64,000 bases of DNA, taken from an uncultured eubacterium 1-6 (GTDB taxonomy: Bacteria > Bacillota > Clostridia > Lachnospirales > Lachnospiraceae). Below are positions 1-8,749 of this stretch, piece after piece (position 1 is the stretch's first letter; each line of letters opens with the position of its first letter). The notes below the pieces were generated by a model that was not told where the DNA came from, did no database searches, and was given only the letters and a program-made list of their open reading frames with translations. Location: assembly GCA_903789595.1 (NCBI GenBank), contig CAIFEZ010000003.1, positions 108,937-172,936 of the forward strand, given 5' to 3'. Position numbers and translations under genes: made by a program.

Positions 1-2587
1 AACGGCGCAGAATTCACTGGATAATATTCTTCAGCACAAGGAAGAGTTCGAGAAGCTTGCAGAGGATCTCAGAAAGCTGAATGAGGAGAAGGAAATTCTG
101 CAGCGCATTGAAGAGCAGTATCTGCGCGTGCTGAGACTCGATGCGGAGGCTGTCAGAAGGATTCTCGCACAGAAAAAATTCCTGTACATGAGGCAGAAGC
201 GGACCGATGACGGCGAGGAAACGAATATCAGCGATATCAGGGGACGTATACGCGCGCTGGAGAAACAGGAGAAAAAGGCACAGAAGCTTTTTGAGGAAGC
301 GGATGAGGAATTTATCCGGGCATCAACGGCAGTGCACGAAGGCCAGCGTCCGATAGAAGAACTGAAGGATAAGCTCCGAAGAGAGGAAGAGAGCCGGGAT
401 GCGATGGAGGATTCCATACGCGCTCTCCGGGCGCTGAAGAAGAGGGTGCAGGACCTTTTTGATCATCAGGATGATATCACGGTTTCGGATGAAATCCGTG
501 AAACGATCGGCCGCGCGGGAGAAGTGACTGCGGACGAGGCTGAGATCGTCCGCGCCTTGCAGGAACTGGAGCACAAGCGGGAGCTTCTGCACCGCAATTT
601 TCAGCAGAAGAAAGAGGAGACCGGCTATGCGCTGCGCGACCTGCGGCGCGAGCTCGCGAGACTGAACGGCGAGATCCGTACGCTGCAGCAGAACAAAAAG
701 GTTCTGCCGGACGGCATGGAAGAGGAACTCGCTGTGCTGAAACGGGAGGCAGACCGCGCCGGTATTCACACAGAGATCCGTTTTGTGTGCGATCTTGTCA
801 ACGAGATCGATCCGAAATGGCAGATGGCGGCGGAAACGTTTCTCGGCGGCCGCCGGTTCAATGTGATAGCGGACCCTCAGGCGGTACCCGGGCTTCTGCG
901 CATCGTGGATGAGAAGAATCTTTACAGGATCTATCTCGTACTGACGAATAAGATGGACGATATTCCGGCGAAGGCACCTGAGGGTTCTCTTGCCGCGCGT
1001 TTCACGATCGCAAATATCTATGCCAGGAAGTACATCAATTATACCTGCGGGAATCTCAAGTGCGTGGAGACACGGCAGGAGCTGAATGACAATCCGAAGG
1101 GCGCGATCACTCCGGGCGGCATGCTGGCCAGAGGCATTGTCGGCAGCAAGATGAAGCCGGTGAGAGATCTTGTATTCGGAAAAGATGCCATCCTGCAGCT
1201 TTTGGAGAAAAAGCGGAAAGAGCGGGATGAGAAGCAGAAGAAGGAGGCTTCGCTCGAGGAGCAGTCAGGACGCTTCGCACAGCTTGCCGAGCAGGCTTAT
1301 GAGGCGACCTTTGCGCCGGAGAATTTTGATACCACCGCGCCAAAGATGGTGGTAAAGCTTCGTGAAGAAATCGCGGAAACAGAGCGAAATATCAAGGCAC
1401 TGCAGAACAACCCGTCCGCAAAGCGTCTGATGGACATGTATGCGGCAGCTTCTGAGAGACGCGAACAGGCACAGAAGCGTCTGACGGATATTCAGGGAGA
1501 ACAGAAGTCCGAAGCCAGGTCTGTACAGGAGGCGGAGGAAAGACTGCAGGCGGGACGGCGCACCGAGCAGTCGCTGCGTGATGATTATGAGACGGAGGCA
1601 GCCCTTCACCCGGAAGAGAAAAAAGCGGCGGATGAGCTTTATGAAAAGCAGAAGAACAATGCGGAGGCAAGCCTTCAGAGAGCCATTCAGGAAGTGAACC
1701 GGCAGCTGTCAGAAGCGACAAACAGCATGCTGGAGGCGATGTTCCGGTACAATGCGAGCCATGCGGGTTATGTGGCGGACAAGAAAGGCGCAAAGAAATA
1801 TATAGACCGTCTGGATGAGCTCCGGACAAAGGATATCGAGGAGACAAAGAACAGGATCGAAGCGAAGGCTCACACCATTTCCGATACATTCATGCGGGAT
1901 TTTGTAGAGGTCATTTACTCCAGAATCCGAAGCATGCGGGACCAGAAGGATGCAATCAATGATATGCTGAAGGCGCACAGGTTCGGCGACAAGAATTACT
2001 CGCTGATCATGAAGGCCCGAAACAGCGCGGACATGAAGGCGTTTTTCACAATCGCGCAGAAAATAGATGAAATCGGATCGGCGGACAGTCTTGAGGTTTA
2101 CCTGAACATGAACAGCAACTTCATGCAGGAGCAGGGAATCGCCGAGGCCTTCGAGATCTTCCGGGATACCGTCCTGAACGCGGAAGATGTGACAGAATAC
2201 ACAGATTACAGGAACTATTATACCTATGATTTCTTTATCAGCGACGGTCATCACACAGCGTATCTGTCAAAATCCCAGGGAATTTATTCGGGCGGAGGAA
2301 AACAGACGCCGTATTTTATTCTGCTGATCGCGGCGCTGATGACCAGCTACCGCACGGATGCCTGCTGCCTCAGAATCGCGTTTATCGACGAGGCGTTCGC
2401 GGCTATGGATGAGGACAGAATACGAAGCATGATCGATTACTTCCAGGACAACGGACTGCAGGTGATTTACGCGGCGCCGGACAAGACGATGCACAATATC
2501 GCGCCCTATGTGGACACCACGGTGACGGTTGTCAAGAAAGACAGAAAGGCGGATGTCATCGATATGCAGACGGGGGTTGAGGAATGA
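1..2587 (+). CDS. jetC: SMC-like ABC ATPase, JetC/MksF-like (Wadjet); 5' end lies outside the window
   Basis: The frame is open from base 2, and the ORF track starts at an internal Met at 128. More than 600 aa is E/K/R/L-rich coiled coil. The C-terminal ABC head has the signature-like YSGGGKQ and the Walker B/D-loop IAFIDEAFAAMDEDR. The stop overlaps the next gene by 4 bp (ATGA). Confidence 0.55.
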   Translation, partial: TAQNSLDNILQHKEEFEKLAEDLRKLNEEKEILQRIEEQYLRVLRLDAEAVRRILAQKKFLYMRQKRTDDGEETNISDIRGRIRALEKQEKKAQKLFEEADEEFIRASTAVHEGQRPIEELKDKLRREEESRDAMEDSIRALRALKKRVQDLFDHQDDITVSDEIRETIGRAGEVTADEAEIVRALQELEHKRELLHRNFQQKKEETGYALRDLRRELARLNGEIRTLQQNKKVLPDGMEEELAVLKREADRAGIHTEIRFVCDLVNEIDPKWQMAAETFLGGRRFNVIADPQAVPGLLRIVDEKNLYRIYLVLTNKMDDIPAKAPEGSLAARFTIANIYARKYINYTCGNLKCVETRQELNDNPKGAITPGGMLARGIVGSKMKPVRDLVFGKDAILQLLEKKRKERDEKQKKEASLEEQSGRFAQLAEQAYEATFAPENFDTTAPKMVVKLREEIAETERNIKALQNNPSAKRLMDMYAAASERREQAQKRLTDIQGEQKSEARSVQEAEERLQAGRRTEQSLRDDYETEAALHPEEKKAADELYEKQKNNAEASLQRAIQEVNRQLSEATNSMLEAMFRYNASHAGYVADKKGAKKYIDRLDELRTKDIEETKNRIEAKAHTISDTFMRDFVEVIYSRIRSMRDQKDAINDMLKAHRFGDKNYSLIMKARNSADMKAFFTIAQKIDEIGSADSLEVYLNMNSNFMQEQGIAEAFEIFRDTVLNAEDVTEYTDYRNYYTYDFFISDGHHTAYLSKSQGIYSGGGKQTPYFILLIAALMTSYRTDACCLRIAFIDEAFAAMDEDRIRSMIDYFQDNGLQVIYAAPDKTMHNIAPYVDTTVTVVKKDRKADVIDMQTGVEE

Positions 2588-3834
2588 AAACGGTTCATCG
2601 GCTGACGGATCCCTGGCAGAGAAAGCTGGTGGACAGGATACTTGACGCATATGAGCGTACGGGGACCTACCGCGGCGATACAAAGCGGAATCAGAATATC
2701 CGTGTCCCGGTGGAGGAGATTTTTCCGGCGTACGACAGGGATGATGCGGATCTGGAAAAACTGAGAATGTTTGAGGCTTCCATGATGGCGCTTGAGAAGA
2801 TCTCGCCGGTAAGAATCGTCTACAGAGACAAAAGAATCCGAAGTGAATTTCGTGAATTTACAGTGCCTGCGGGCTCGGTCGAGCCCGCACTCTATACGCT
2901 TGCGGACAGAAAACCGAAAAGAGATATCCATGCCGCGCAGATCGCCCTGTACGAAAAATACCGCGGGAGGAATTCCGTGCTGGATGCCTTTATCGGGGAG
3001 CAGGAGGAGCTGCTTCGCTCGGACAAAAATGCCTGGTTTCTGCCGGAAGCCGCGGAGGACGTGCTGCGGACGGTGGATTTCATTGTCGGGAATTCGGGCA
3101 ATATCCTTTATCGTGAAATCTCCATCTCACTGTTCGGAGATTCGAAATATCTCGAAAAGCGGGGAATCTTGTCTAAGGCCCTTCGTGTGCTGAAAAAATA
3201 CGGCGAATATGATTTCGTGGAAGCTGATTTTGACGCGAGGAAGGAATACGAGGATGCCGTGCTGGCGGAGTATTCGGTCTATGAAAACCCGACTTACGTG
3301 AACTTTAACGGGAACGGGGAGATAGTTTTTCAGAACGGAACAAGACTGGATCTGAAGTCAGGGGTCCCGGTTGCGGTGCGGTCGGACCGCCTGGCCGACA
3401 TCGTGAAAATCAGGGTTTTCGCGGATACGGTTCTGACGATTGAAAATCTGACATCCTATAACCGTCTTCAGACAGATGCCTTCCAGCTGTATCTGGCGGG
3501 GTATCATAACCATGCGCGTCAGGAATTTCTGGTGCGTATTCACAAGCAGAATCCGGACATCCGCAGGTGGCTTCATTTCGGCGATATTGATCCGGACGGC
3601 TTCTGCATCCTTGAAAATCTGCGCAGCCGGACCGGAATCAATTTTCAGAGCTATTGCATGGATCTGAGCTGGCTGAAGAAATATCGGGCTTACACAAAGA
3701 AGCTGAATGGAAATGACAGAGTTAAGGCGAGGAATCTGATTCAGGAAGGAAAGCATGTGGAGATCCTCGGATATATGCTGGAGCAGGATGAGAAGCTGGA
3801 GCAGGAGATTATCAGCTGGAAGGAAAGCACGTGA
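2584..3834 (+). CDS. jetD: JetD/MksG-like Toprim-domain subunit (DUF3322 + DUF2220-type architecture)
   Basis: 416 aa. The N-terminal half has REISISLFGDSKYLEK (the FGDSK motif typical of JetD). The C-terminal half has TIENLTSYN ... HFGDIDPDGFCILENLR ... YCMDLSWL, a Toprim-like E ... DxD pattern. It is translationally coupled to the SMC-like ATPase. Confidence 0.6.
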   Translation: MKTVHRLTDPWQRKLVDRILDAYERTGTYRGDTKRNQNIRVPVEEIFPAYDRDDADLEKLRMFEASMMALEKISPVRIVYRDKRIRSEFREFTVPAGSVEPALYTLADRKPKRDIHAAQIALYEKYRGRNSVLDAFIGEQEELLRSDKNAWFLPEAAEDVLRTVDFIVGNSGNILYREISISLFGDSKYLEKRGILSKALRVLKKYGEYDFVEADFDARKEYEDAVLAEYSVYENPTYVNFNGNGEIVFQNGTRLDLKSGVPVAVRSDRLADIVKIRVFADTVLTIENLTSYNRLQTDAFQLYLAGYHNHARQEFLVRIHKQNPDIRRWLHFGDIDPDGFCILENLRSRTGINFQSYCMDLSWLKKYRAYTKKLNGNDRVKARNLIQEGKHVEILGYMLEQDEKLEQEIISWKEST

Positions 3835-3841
3835 CCTGGCT

Positions 3842-3872
3842 CTGGCAAAGGTGCTGTGAGATCTTTGCCTTG
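3842..3872. repeat. Solo REP-like hairpin related to the Rep-A arm
   Basis: ggcaaag(3844-3850)/ctttgcc(3863-3869) forms a perfect 7-bp stem. About 20 of 26 nt match the Rep-A arm ggcaaaggcgctgtgaaattcctgcc. It sits 8 nt after the jetD stop. Confidence 0.4.
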
Positions 3873-3960
3873 ACAGCAGTCAGATCCGGATGGAATAGTG
3901 TCACGCAGCAGAAATTATAATTTTATAGAAACGTCGGAGGCTGCCACCGGGTAGTCCTTC

Positions 3961-4173
3961 AGAAGGGCGTCGGTCTGCTGCTGGGTATCGGAGGCGCGGC
4001 GCGCTTTATCATCAGCCGGACACAGAACCGGACGGACGAATCTCGTCGCGTTTGGAATGGCCGGCATCTGGCTGGCTATGCCGCTTACCGAGTGTGCCGT
4101 CTTACTCATCGCCGTTCTGGGCTTGCGCAGAATGAGCAGAAAAGACAAAAGAACGGACACACAGGATGAGTGA
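3961..4173 (+). pseudogene. C-terminal remnant of a MATE-family efflux transporter
   Basis: The frame ending in TGA at 4171-4173 reads ...NLVAFGMAGIWLAMPLTECAVLLIAVLGLRRMSRKDKRTDTQDE, a typical MATE last TM helix plus basic tail. No intact upstream ORF exists. Confidence 0.35.
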
Positions 4174-4315
4174 CGGAACAAGTGTAAGCGTGCATTCACG
4201 CCTGACGGATAAGAAAACTGTCTGACGAACACGGCTGACGGATAAGGCGGGGAGTGTCTGATGAACACACTTGCAAAAAGGCTTATAAGCGAATATACCT
4301 GCGAAAAGGGTTTAT

Positions 4316-4344
4316 TTGACACTTCGGTACAAGTACCGTATAAT
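4316..4344 (+). promoter_or_regulatory. Sigma-70/SigA-type promoter
   Basis: TTGACA (4316-4321), a 17-nt spacer, then TATAAT (4339-4344). Both hexamers match the consensus perfectly and lie directly upstream of the riboswitch. Confidence 0.7.
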
Positions 4345-4379
4345 CGGATTCAGAAAAATGAACAGGGAGCTTTTCAGTG

Positions 4380-4620
4380 CATTCCGGTGTTCTGCGGTGC
4401 CGAAAGGAAGGCCGCGGGATATCTGTATGAGAATAGAGAATCAGGTGAAAGTCCTGAGCGATCCGGTCACTGTGAGCAGCGAATCATTCCGAGATGTCAT
4501 TGTGTGCTTGGTGCATGAGAAGACAGGAAATGGTGCTTGAGCTGTCAGCCAGGAGAACTGCTGAAAGGTTTGGAAAGATGCTTCCGAAGAAAGCAGATTC
4601 TGATGGCTGAAATGTTTTTT
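4380..4620 (+). promoter_or_regulatory. Cobalamin (B12) riboswitch: aptamer plus putative expression platform
   Basis: Conserved core aatagagaatcaGGTGAAAGTCCtgagc ... ccggtCACTGTgagc, and a B12-box-like GTCAGCCAGGAGAACTGC at about 4544-4561. The downstream segment tggctga (4596-4602) is complementary to tcagcca of the B12 box and is followed by a T-run at about 4615-4620. A FecB/BtuF-type ABC importer lies downstream. Confidence 0.75.
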
Positions 4621-4740
4621 GCCGGATGTCCGGCGGAACAGATGGGAGAAAGGCTATGATTTTCAGGACGAATGCTTCGGCGTTCGTCCTTTGTGGTGTA
4701 TTGGAAGCGCTGCGGTTCTTCGGCATCGCGGGCGGAGGGC

Positions 4741-4848
4741 TGCGCACCGTGAATTTTAAGGATCATTCGGACGGCTGCGCACCGCGAATCTCGGGGATTA
4801 TTCGGACGGCTGCGCACCGCGAATTTCGGGGATCATTCGGACGGCTGC
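4741..4848. repeat. 35-bp tandem repeat x3 in the riboswitch-to-ATG leader
   Basis: The unit tgcgcaccgcgaatctcggggattattcggacggc occurs at 4741-4775, 4776-4810 and 4811-4845, with a few substitutions. Confidence 0.9.
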
Positions 4849-4902
4849 TTCTGAGATCCCTGAGAGATGGAAAGATCAGAACATGATTTGAGGGGGATTG
4901 AA

Positions 4903-6261
4903 ATGAAAAAGAAAAGATACCGCAGAGTATTGGCGGGAATTGCCGCGGCTGCACTTCTGGCTGCCGGCTGCGGTCAGGCTGGTTCCGGAGCGGCGTCGGC
5001 GTCTTCGACGTCTTCGGGTTCTCTGATGGTCAGCTCGTCCGGAGAGGCTGGGAATGGAGCGCCTTCGTCTGTGGAAGCTGTGACTGAAGACACTTCGGCT
5101 GGAGAGGCCGTGCATGAGAATTCCTCGTCCGAGGGGACTGTGGACGGGGATTCTTCGGGCAGTGCGGACGCGGAAACCCTGCTGGAGGAGGGAATCCTCA
5201 GCAGTCAGCCGGAGGATGCGCCTGCCGTCGACGGTCTGACTTATGTCGGTACGATGAATCTGCGCTATGCGAAGTGCTTTCAGGTATATTACTATGAGGG
5301 CGGCTGGCGGCTGCTTTCCATCCCCGACGGAGATTCGTTTCTCGTGGCACCGGATGGGCAGGAAGCTCCGAAGGGACTGTCTGACGCGTACACGGTGATA
5401 CACAGACCGTCTGCCATTTACCTTGCGGCGACCTCGGCGTATGCGCTGTTTGATGCCCTTGGTGCGGAGAATGCGGTCACCCTGTCCGGAACAGACAAAA
5501 GCGGGTGGACGATCGATGCGCCGAAAGAGGCGCTGGAGAATGGGACGATGACCTTTGCCGGCAAGTATAACGAGCCGGATTATGAACTTCTGGTGGACAA
5601 GGGCTGTGATCTGGCGATTGAATCGACGATGATCCTTCATTCTCCGGAGGTGAAGGAAATGATCGAGGATCTGGATATCCCGGTTCTGACTGATCGTTCC
5701 AGCTATGAGACGGAGGCTCTCGGAAGAACAGAGTGGATCAAGCTGTACGGCGCACTGATGGGGAAGGAAGAGGAAGCGTTTTCTTTCTTTAATGAGCAGG
5801 CGAAGGTTCTCGATGATCTTTCCGGAGAGAAGAGCACGGGAAAGACCGCGGTGTTTTTTGCGGTGGATACGGACGGCTCCATCGTGGTGCGCGCCGGGAA
5901 TGATTATATCTCGAATATGATCGACGAGGGCGGAGCAAAGTATATCTATGACGATTTGAAGAATACAGGAACGGCGGCGACTGTGACGCTGTCAATGGAG
6001 CAGTTCTACAAGGACGCCTCGGATGCGGATTATCTGATTTACAACGCGACCATTGAGCAGTCGCTCGGCAGTATTGACGACCTGGTGGCGAAGAATGATC
6101 TGTTTGGCGATTTTCGGGCGGTGAAGGACGGAAACGTCTTCCAGGTTGACCGGAAGATGTATCAGTCCACCGATAAGGTCGCTCAGTTCATCCGTGATGT
6201 GAATCTGATGGTGACGGGCGGCGATGAGAAGGAGATGACATTTCTGTCCAGACTGTCCTGA
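4903..6261 (+). CDS. btuF: Lipoprotein; FecB/BtuF-type ABC substrate-binding protein (corrinoid uptake inferred from the riboswitch)
   Basis: Start at ATG 4903 after the RBS gaggggga. The signal peptide plus lipobox is LLAAGC, followed by an S/A/G-rich linker of about 100 aa and then a Peripla_BP_2-like body (RPSAIYLAATSAYALFDALGA..., TEWIKLYGALMGKEEEA). Confidence 0.65.
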   Translation: MKKKRYRRVLAGIAAAALLAAGCGQAGSGAASASSTSSGSLMVSSSGEAGNGAPSSVEAVTEDTSAGEAVHENSSSEGTVDGDSSGSADAETLLEEGILSSQPEDAPAVDGLTYVGTMNLRYAKCFQVYYYEGGWRLLSIPDGDSFLVAPDGQEAPKGLSDAYTVIHRPSAIYLAATSAYALFDALGAENAVTLSGTDKSGWTIDAPKEALENGTMTFAGKYNEPDYELLVDKGCDLAIESTMILHSPEVKEMIEDLDIPVLTDRSSYETEALGRTEWIKLYGALMGKEEEAFSFFNEQAKVLDDLSGEKSTGKTAVFFAVDTDGSIVVRAGNDYISNMIDEGGAKYIYDDLKNTGTAATVTLSMEQFYKDASDADYLIYNATIEQSLGSIDDLVAKNDLFGDFRAVKDGNVFQVDRKMYQSTDKVAQFIRDVNLMVTGGDEKEMTFLSRLS

Positions 6262-6417
6262 CAGGAGGGTGCGGAAGAAAATCGTCAGATGTGGTACAGC
6301 GGCAAAAGAGATACAGTTTTAAACGGAGCGGCCGGGAAGATCTGACAGGAACAGCGGCCTGCGGGATAAGGCTGTGACCGGACTGCCATAGAGAAAACAG
6401 AGGAATATTACAATATT

Positions 6418-7470
6418 ATGAGCAACCATGAAATCAGCAGCTATCACGCGGAAAATCTGAAGCGGCGGATGAGATATACGGCGGTCTTTGCCGTCCTGGC
6501 AGCCGTGTTTCTGATCGTGACTGTGATTAACATCAATACCGGAAATGTCGACATTTCCATTGATAAAATCCTGAAGGCGGTTTTCCTCAGAAGCGGCACG
6601 AAGGATGATCTGAATATTATCTGGAAGATCCGTCTTCCGAGAATTCTGATGGCTGCGATTCTCGGAGGAGCTCTCTCTCTTTCGGGATTTCTGCTACAGA
6701 CATTTTTCGAGAATCCGATTGCGGGTCCGTTTGTCCTGGGAATTTCCTCGGGTGCAAAACTGATTGTCGCCTTCCTTATGATCCTTGTAGTGGCGAGGCA
6801 CGGGGCAGTGTCGTCCTGGGCTATGATCCTTGCGGCGTTCGCGGGGTCCCTTGTGTCGACCGGCTTTATTCTTCTGGTATCACGGAGTGTACGGAATATG
6901 TCGGCTCTGCTGGTCGCCGGAATTATGATCGGATACATCTGCACCGCGCTGACCAATCTTCTTGTCACATTTGCAAGTGACTCAGATATCGCCAATCTCC
7001 ACAACTGGTCGCAGGGCAGCTTTTCCGGAATGACGTGGGACAATGTTCTGGTGGGAGGAATCATCATCGGAGCGGCAACTGTCCTGGTGTTCCTGCTGGC
7101 AAAGCCGATCGGCGCCTTTCAGCTCGGCGAGGCCTATGCGCAGAGCATGGGGGTGAATGTCAGACAGTTCCGCATCGCTCTGATCCTGCTGTCCAGCATT
7201 CTTTCCGCGACGGTGACGGCATTTGCAGGGCCGATTTCCTTTGTGGGAATTGCGGTGCCTTTCCTGATCAAACGCGCGCTGAACACGGCAAATCCCATTG
7301 TGGTCATTCCGGCTACCTTTCTCGGAGGCGCTGTTTTCTGCATGATCAGCGATCTGATCGCGAGAGTGGCATTTGCCCCGACGGAGCTGGAAATCAGCAC
7401 GGTGACTTCCATCTTCGGAGCGCCGGTCGTGATCTTCATGCTGATACGGAGACAGAAGGGAAAGCGATAA
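6418..7470 (+). CDS. btuC: FecCD/BtuC-family ABC permease
   Basis: 350 aa and polytopic. It carries FecCD motifs: IWKIRLPRILMAAILGGALSLSGFLLQ and GPISFVGIAVPFL. Confidence 0.75.
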   Translation: MSNHEISSYHAENLKRRMRYTAVFAVLAAVFLIVTVININTGNVDISIDKILKAVFLRSGTKDDLNIIWKIRLPRILMAAILGGALSLSGFLLQTFFENPIAGPFVLGISSGAKLIVAFLMILVVARHGAVSSWAMILAAFAGSLVSTGFILLVSRSVRNMSALLVAGIMIGYICTALTNLLVTFASDSDIANLHNWSQGSFSGMTWDNVLVGGIIIGAATVLVFLLAKPIGAFQLGEAYAQSMGVNVRQFRIALILLSSILSATVTAFAGPISFVGIAVPFLIKRALNTANPIVVIPATFLGGAVFCMISDLIARVAFAPTELEISTVTSIFGAPVVIFMLIRRQKGKR

Positions 7471-8604
7471 ATGAACAAGGGGAAGAAAGAGGAAAAATAT
7501 TATCTCCACCTGGACGGCCTTTCGGTCGGCTATAACGGGAAACCGGTAATCCGTGACATTGAGATCGGGATCCGGCGGGGAGAGATTGTCACGCTGATCG
7601 GTCCGAACGGCGCGGGCAAATCTACAATATTAAAGAGCATCACGAGACAGCTCTCTCTCGTGAAGGGACAGGTCGTCTTTGATCTGAAAAATCTGTCGGA
7701 TTATTCGTTCCGGGAGCTGTCTTCCCGCATGGCGGTGGTCCTGACAGAACGGCTCCATCCGGAGCTGATGACCTGTCACGATGTGGTCGCAACCGGAAGA
7801 TATCCTTACACAGGGCGGCTTGGCAGACTGACAGAGGAGGATGAGCGGAAGGTCGATGATGCCATGAGGGCGGTTCAGGCCGAGGAAATCGGAAACCGTG
7901 ATTTCAACGCGATCAGCGACGGGCAGAAACAGCGGGTGCTGCTGGCGAGGGCCATCTGTCAGGAGCCGGATATCATCATTCTGGACGAGCCGACAAGCTT
8001 TCTGGATATCAAGCACAAGCTGAAGCTGCTTTCAATTCTCCGTGACATGGCGAAACAGAAAAATATCACGGTCGTGATGTCTCTGCATGAGATTGACCTG
8101 GCGATGAAGATTTCCGACCGGATTATCTGCGTTCACGGAGATAAAATTTTCCGCAGCGGAACGCCGGAGGCTATTTTCAGGGAGGACACTATCCGGGATC
8201 TCTACGAGATCGACAACGGCTTTTTCGATCCGATGTTCGGAAGCATTGAGCTTCCCGAAATCAAGGGAAAGCCGGAGGTACTGGTGTTGTCGTCGTGCGG
8301 CACGGGAATACCGGTGTACCGCAGACTGCAGAAAGAGAAAAGACCCTTTGCGGCGGGGATTCTGTATACGAATGATGTCGATTATCGTCTGGCGCGGCTG
8401 CTTGCTTCACAGGTGATCTGGGAAGAACCTTTCTATGAAATCTCAGACCGGGCGGCCGCTGAGGCACTGGGGGCCATAGAAAGCTGTGGGGAGATCATCG
8501 ACGCCGGCGTGACCATCGGACCCGGAAACCGGAGAATGCGGGAAATCCTGGATGCGGCCTATGCCAGCGGGAAATGCGTAAAGTACAGAGGCCCCGACAT
8601 GTGA
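7471..8604 (+). CDS. btuD: ABC ATPase (FecE/BtuD type) with a C-terminal extension of about 120 aa
   Basis: Walker A GPNGAGKST, signature SDGQKQR and Walker B IIILDEPTS. Residues from about 255 to 377 extend beyond a normal FecE-type ATPase. Confidence 0.7.
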   Translation: MNKGKKEEKYYLHLDGLSVGYNGKPVIRDIEIGIRRGEIVTLIGPNGAGKSTILKSITRQLSLVKGQVVFDLKNLSDYSFRELSSRMAVVLTERLHPELMTCHDVVATGRYPYTGRLGRLTEEDERKVDDAMRAVQAEEIGNRDFNAISDGQKQRVLLARAICQEPDIIILDEPTSFLDIKHKLKLLSILRDMAKQKNITVVMSLHEIDLAMKISDRIICVHGDKIFRSGTPEAIFREDTIRDLYEIDNGFFDPMFGSIELPEIKGKPEVLVLSSCGTGIPVYRRLQKEKRPFAAGILYTNDVDYRLARLLASQVIWEEPFYEISDRAAAEALGAIESCGEIIDAGVTIGPGNRRMREILDAAYASGKCVKYRGPDM

Positions 8605-8612
8605 AGACATTC

Positions 8613-8710
8613 AAAACCGGCTGAAACCTGAAATGAAAACCTGAAATTAAAACCTGAAATGAAAACCAGCTGAAACCTGAAATGAAAACCTGGAATTAAA
8701 GCCTGCAATG
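8613..8710. repeat. Nested A-rich tandem repeat (about 48 bp x2, built from aacctgaaatgaaa sub-units)
   Basis: aaaaccggctgaaacctgaaatgaaaacctgaaattaaaacctgaaatg is followed by the near-identical aaaaccagctgaaacctgaaatgaaaacctggaattaaagcctgcaatg. Confidence 0.85.
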
Positions 8711-8749
8711 TGCATATTATCTCATCATGATCACAGGAGGAGAACAGTT

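Noticed and set aside
3915-4322. A 135-aa minus-strand ORF in the jetD to riboswitch gap.
   Set aside because: It has no RBS or family signal. It runs antisense to the MATE remnant and into the consensus promoter at 4316-4344.
4867-4902. The upstream ATG (4867) given by the ORF track for the binding protein. The same issue applies to 8708, 9425, 13022, 18244, 36663, 49834, 51409, 54566, 55665, 60988 and 26978.
   Set aside because: The downstream starts have proper RBS spacing and begin at the signal peptide or conserved N-terminus. The longer versions overlap upstream genes or regulatory sites.
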